DNA from: Sulfurimonadaceae bacterium
Lineage (GTDB): Bacteria > Campylobacterota > Campylobacteria > Campylobacterales > Sulfurimonadaceae
Reading direction: 5' to 3'
DNA: 39,786 bases
NCBI GenBank assembly: GCA_041548245.1
Contig: JBFESZ010000007.1
Span: 1 to 39,786 of the forward strand
Shown here: positions 36,836-39,786 of the stretch, one piece after another
Position numbering within the stretch: the first letter of the stretch is position 1
How the letters are laid out: every line of letters begins with the position of its first letter
Translations under genes and position numbers: made by a program
Notes under the pieces: model-generated
Seen by the model: only the letters and a program-made list of their open reading frames with translations
Database searches by the model: none
Told to the model about the DNA's origin: nothing

Positions 36836-38404
36836 CTAATGGGCGTACTCCACTGCCCTGCTTTCACGGATAACACTCACTTTGATATCACCAGGAAAGT
36901 TCATCTTTGACGCTATCTCTTTAGCAATCTCTTTGGCCAAAAGCGCCGACTCATCATCATTAAGTAATTCAGCATTGACAATGACACGTACTTCGCGTCC
37001 TGCATTAATAGCATAAGCCTGTTTGACACCATGCTTTTCAGAAGCGATCTCTTCGATCTCGGTGACACGTTTAAGATAGGACTCCAAAACTTCTCTACGA
37101 GCGCCTGGACGGGCGGCAGAAAGAGCATCGGCTGCACAGACTGCAGCACACTCTATACTCTCTATCTCAGCGAGTCCATGATGAGCAGGAATTGCATTGA
37201 GTACCACAGCATGTTCATTATACAGTTGCGCCAACTCCAGTCCAAGATTAACATGACTGCCCCCTTTTTCATGGGTCATCGCCTTACCGATATCATGTAA
37301 TAATCCTGCTCTTTTGGCAAGAATCTCATCACCGCCTAATTCAGCGGTGATAATCCCCGCAAGATTAGCCACCTCAAGAGTATGCGCCAAGGCATTTTGT
37401 CCATACGAAGCTCGATATCTCAGACGCCCTATCAGCTTTAATAACTCCGGATGAATACCTTTGATATTCAGCTCTCTGGCAATCCGTTCACCCTCTTCAA
37501 GCACAGATTCCTCAAACTCAGAAGTAACTTTTTCAAATATCTCTTCAATACGGGCTGGTTGAATACGGCCATCTTCTATCAACAATTCGATTGTGCGTGT
37601 CGCAATCGCTCGTCTGTAAAGATTAAAACTGCTGAGTATAATAGCATTAGGTGTTTCATCAATGATGATGTCAACACCTAAAAGCATCTCCAGTGTCTTT
37701 ATATTACGGCCATCTTTACCAATGATACGCCCCTTAAGCTCATCATCACTGAGATAGACTTCATTCATCAGTCGTTCTGATGCAAACTCTCCGGCAAAGC
37801 GTGACGTAGCCTGCGCAATGATATAGTTTGCTTTTCGCTGCCCCTCTTCTTTCGCCTGTTGCTCATACCGACGGACAATATGGGCAATATCAGCACGAGA
37901 CTCCTCTTCAACTTGTTTAAGCAGAAGTTTCTTTGCCTCTTCACGGGTTAAACCCGCACCGCTTTCTATGATCTTTACCGCTTCATTCGCACGGTTTATG
38001 TAATCTTCTTTTTGCTTCTCCATAGAACGCTTTGCACGTTCAAGCTGCATATTCAAGTTTTCTGTCTTAGACGCTTCATGCTTGATCCGACGAAGTTCTT
38101 CTGCTTTAAAATCATCAAAAGCCGCTTCTTTGTCTTCAAGTTCCTGATACTGTCCTTTTAACTCTGCACGTGCATTTTCTATCGCTTCGTCAAACTTCTT
38201 TTGCGCCTTTGCCTCTACTTCCTGAGCTCTAAAACTCGCTTTATGTAAGAGAAGTTCAGCTTCCGCGTCAATCGCTTTGGCTCTGGCTTTGGCCTGTTCA
38301 ACAAATACATCAAATTGCGCGCTGCTTAATTTTTTGGAGATCAAAAATCCGATTACTCCGCTGACGGTAGCGATACCACCGCCTAAGAGAATCTGATTTA
38401 ACAT
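36836..38404 (-). CDS. rny: Ribonuclease Y
   Basis: N-terminal TM, coiled coil, KH (KGRIIGKDGRNI), HD domain (LLHDIGK), ADALSAARPGAR. Confidence 0.97.
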   Translation of the reverse strand: MLNQILLGGGIATVSGVIGFLISKKLSSAQFDVFVEQAKARAKAIDAEAELLLHKASFRAQEVEAKAQKKFDEAIENARAELKGQYQELEDKEAAFDDFKAEELRRIKHEASKTENLNMQLERAKRSMEKQKEDYINRANEAVKIIESGAGLTREEAKKLLLKQVEEESRADIAHIVRRYEQQAKEEGQRKANYIIAQATSRFAGEFASERLMNEVYLSDDELKGRIIGKDGRNIKTLEMLLGVDIIIDETPNAIILSSFNLYRRAIATRTIELLIEDGRIQPARIEEIFEKVTSEFEESVLEEGERIARELNIKGIHPELLKLIGRLRYRASYGQNALAHTLEVANLAGIITAELGGDEILAKRAGLLHDIGKAMTHEKGGSHVNLGLELAQLYNEHAVVLNAIPAHHGLAEIESIECAAVCAADALSAARPGARREVLESYLKRVTEIEEIASEKHGVKQAYAINAGREVRVIVNAELLNDDESALLAKEIAKEIASKMNFPGDIKVSVIRESRAVEYAH

Positions 38405-38960
38405 TTGGTTTCCTATATTTTATCGTTTTGGGCGTTATATAAATATCAGCCTGGACATCATAATCATCTGTGACCTTTGTATCACAGATGCATTCATCAA
38501 GCTGAACAAAAATGATGACGGGTTGACTGGTAAGTCTAGAGAAAAATCTATCATACATTCCCTTACCGAAACCGATTCGCCTTGCCTCTGTGTCTACCCC
38601 AACAACAGGTACAATAGCAACATCAACTTTTTCAATATTCAACAATGTCATGTTAGGCTCACTAACACCGAAGTTCCCACGGTTTAGAGGCCTACGATAT
38701 GGTACCATCTTAAAACTTTCATCGACCATAAATGGAACATAACATTTTCTTATCTTTCGTTTTTGTTTTTCCAATGAGTTTCTGATATCGATTTCAAAGC
38801 CAAAAGGCATATAAAAGAGTATTGAGCTCGGATTCAGGTCACTTAGAAGCTGATCTAAAACAACGTTGACTTTATGACTCTTGCTTTTTTGACCTTGCGA
38901 TGCAGCCTGTTTTAGTTTTTTTGCACATAGTTTTCGAAATGCCGCCTTATCTATACTCAC
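38310..38960 (-). CDS. 5-formyltetrahydrofolate cyclo-ligase family protein
   Basis: FYMPFGFEID, FGVSEP, IVPVVGVD, RIGFGKGMYDRF. GTG 38960 follows AAGG and lies downstream of a minus-strand TATAAT (38976-38981). Confidence 0.92.
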   Translation of the reverse strand: MSIDKAAFRKLCAKKLKQAASQGQKSKSHKVNVVLDQLLSDLNPSSILFYMPFGFEIDIRNSLEKQKRKIRKCYVPFMVDESFKMVPYRRPLNRGNFGVSEPNMTLLNIEKVDVAIVPVVGVDTEARRIGFGKGMYDRFFSRLTSQPVIIFVQLDECICDTKVTDDYDVQADIYITPKTIKYRKPNVKSDSLRRWYRYRQRSNRIFDLQKIKQRAI

Positions 38961-39055
38961 ATTAAGCCTTGAATGATTATAATTCTTCATCTATGTGCAC
39001 CAAGCACATACAACACAATAAATATTACCCATAATATATCCAAAGGAATTTATAA

Positions 39056-39601
39056 ATGTCATTAAAATCCATGACTATTGCTATAAGCATGATTTTACTT
39101 CTTGGAGGATGTGGCGATTCATCAAAGAACGAATCCCTTGTCTCAACTTCATCCTATGAATTGGTTGACCTGCAAAAAAACATATATAAGGTTACAAAAA
39201 CCGGCAATAACTTTGATGTACAGGGATTAGAAAACAAGCTTGTAATTTTTGATATCTTTGCAACATGGTGTCCTCCTTGCCGTGCATCAGCACCTAACTT
39301 GGCAGCATTACAAAAGAACTATAAAGACACAGTTAAGGTTATCGGTATTTTGATAGAAGAAGAGAAGTCAGATGCCTATGTCCAACGTTTTGTAGACACA
39401 TATGGAGCAGACTACAGTATCTCCAATACCAAAGACAACAAAGCTCTATCACGTGCACTTGGCACTACAACCGGTATCGGACAAGGTTTTCCTATCCCTT
39501 TGATGGTAATGTTCTACAAAGGCAAATATATCAACCACTATATCGGTGTTGTCCCTGAAGAGATGATAGAGAGTGATATCAAAAGAGCTTTGGGTCAGTA
39601 A
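39056..39601 (+). CDS. TlpA-like thioredoxin lipoprotein
   Basis: Lipobox LGGC, FATWCPPC, cis-proline loop FPIP. Confidence 0.92.
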   Translation: MSLKSMTIAISMILLLGGCGDSSKNESLVSTSSYELVDLQKNIYKVTKTGNNFDVQGLENKLVIFDIFATWCPPCRASAPNLAALQKNYKDTVKVIGILIEEEKSDAYVQRFVDTYGADYSISNTKDNKALSRALGTTTGIGQGFPIPLMVMFYKGKYINHYIGVVPEEMIESDIKRALGQ

Positions 39602-39607
39602 CACAAT

Positions 39608-39786
39608 ATGATTGGATTTTTTAAAAAAGGCCTTAGCCGTACAGTCGAAGCCATTAAGACAGTCATCCCTAAAAAAAAGATAAAGATCTCCAAAGATGAA
39701 CTTGAAGACCTGTTACTCGAGTGTGATGTTCATTACGATCTAATTGAGAAAATACTGGGCGAGATCCCTTATGATGAAGTCAAGCG
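39608..39786 (+). CDS. ftsY: Signal recognition particle receptor FtsY, 5' part (runs off the window)
   Basis: Translates as MIGFFKKGLSRTVEAIK...ELEDLLLECDVHYDLIEKIL, matching the FtsY KxGLxxT and LEExLLxxDV patterns. Confidence 0.88.
   Translation, partial: MIGFFKKGLSRTVEAIKTVIPKKKIKISKDELEDLLLECDVHYDLIEKILGEIPYDEVK

Noticed and set aside
38961-39055. 6S RNA upstream of the 5-FTHF cyclo-ligase gene
   Set aside because: The gap is 95 nt, too short, with no long rod-like complementarity.
1-39786. Phase-variable poly-G/C tracts, CRISPR arrays, IS elements, tRNA/rRNA
   Set aside because: The longest G run I noticed is G6 (about 33824). A/T runs of 8-9 are ordinary in AT-rich DNA and frames are intact. 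No repeat-spacer periodicity or RNA-gene signatures seen by eye.

Overview
AT-rich, gene-dense chromosomal segment. Protein families and gene order point to a free-living Campylobacterota (Sulfurimonas/Sulfurovum-like); this is inference only. I found no rRNA, tRNA, CRISPR array, integrase or transposase. Four blocks: (1) 44-9565, ion transporters and channels (MgtE, ChaA-like, mini-MscS, PsiE-like, CorA) mixed with a RimK ligase, three peptidase-fold genes and alanine dehydrogenase. (2) 9796-18921, a signalling cluster (orphan PhnD-like binding lipoprotein, two PAS histidine kinases, single REC, REC-PilZ, ODP di-iron protein), then ppk2 and an unannotated 34-aa lipoprotein. (3) 20465-27784, five accessory genes between thrC and cutA-argB-lpxK: a coupled operon of NDP-sugar SDR, processive-type GT2 with a non-canonical QxxRW motif and TPR/beta-barrel exporter, plus a divergent lipoprotein and membrane-protein pair. 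This looks like a minimal, uncharacterised synthase-dependent glycan secretion system and is the best novelty candidate. (4) 27873-39786, core genes: cutA, argB, lpxK, DegT-like, nadE, cmoB, CDF, rny, 5-FTHF cyclo-ligase, TlpA-like and the start of ftsY. All calls are motif recognition by eye; no searches were run.
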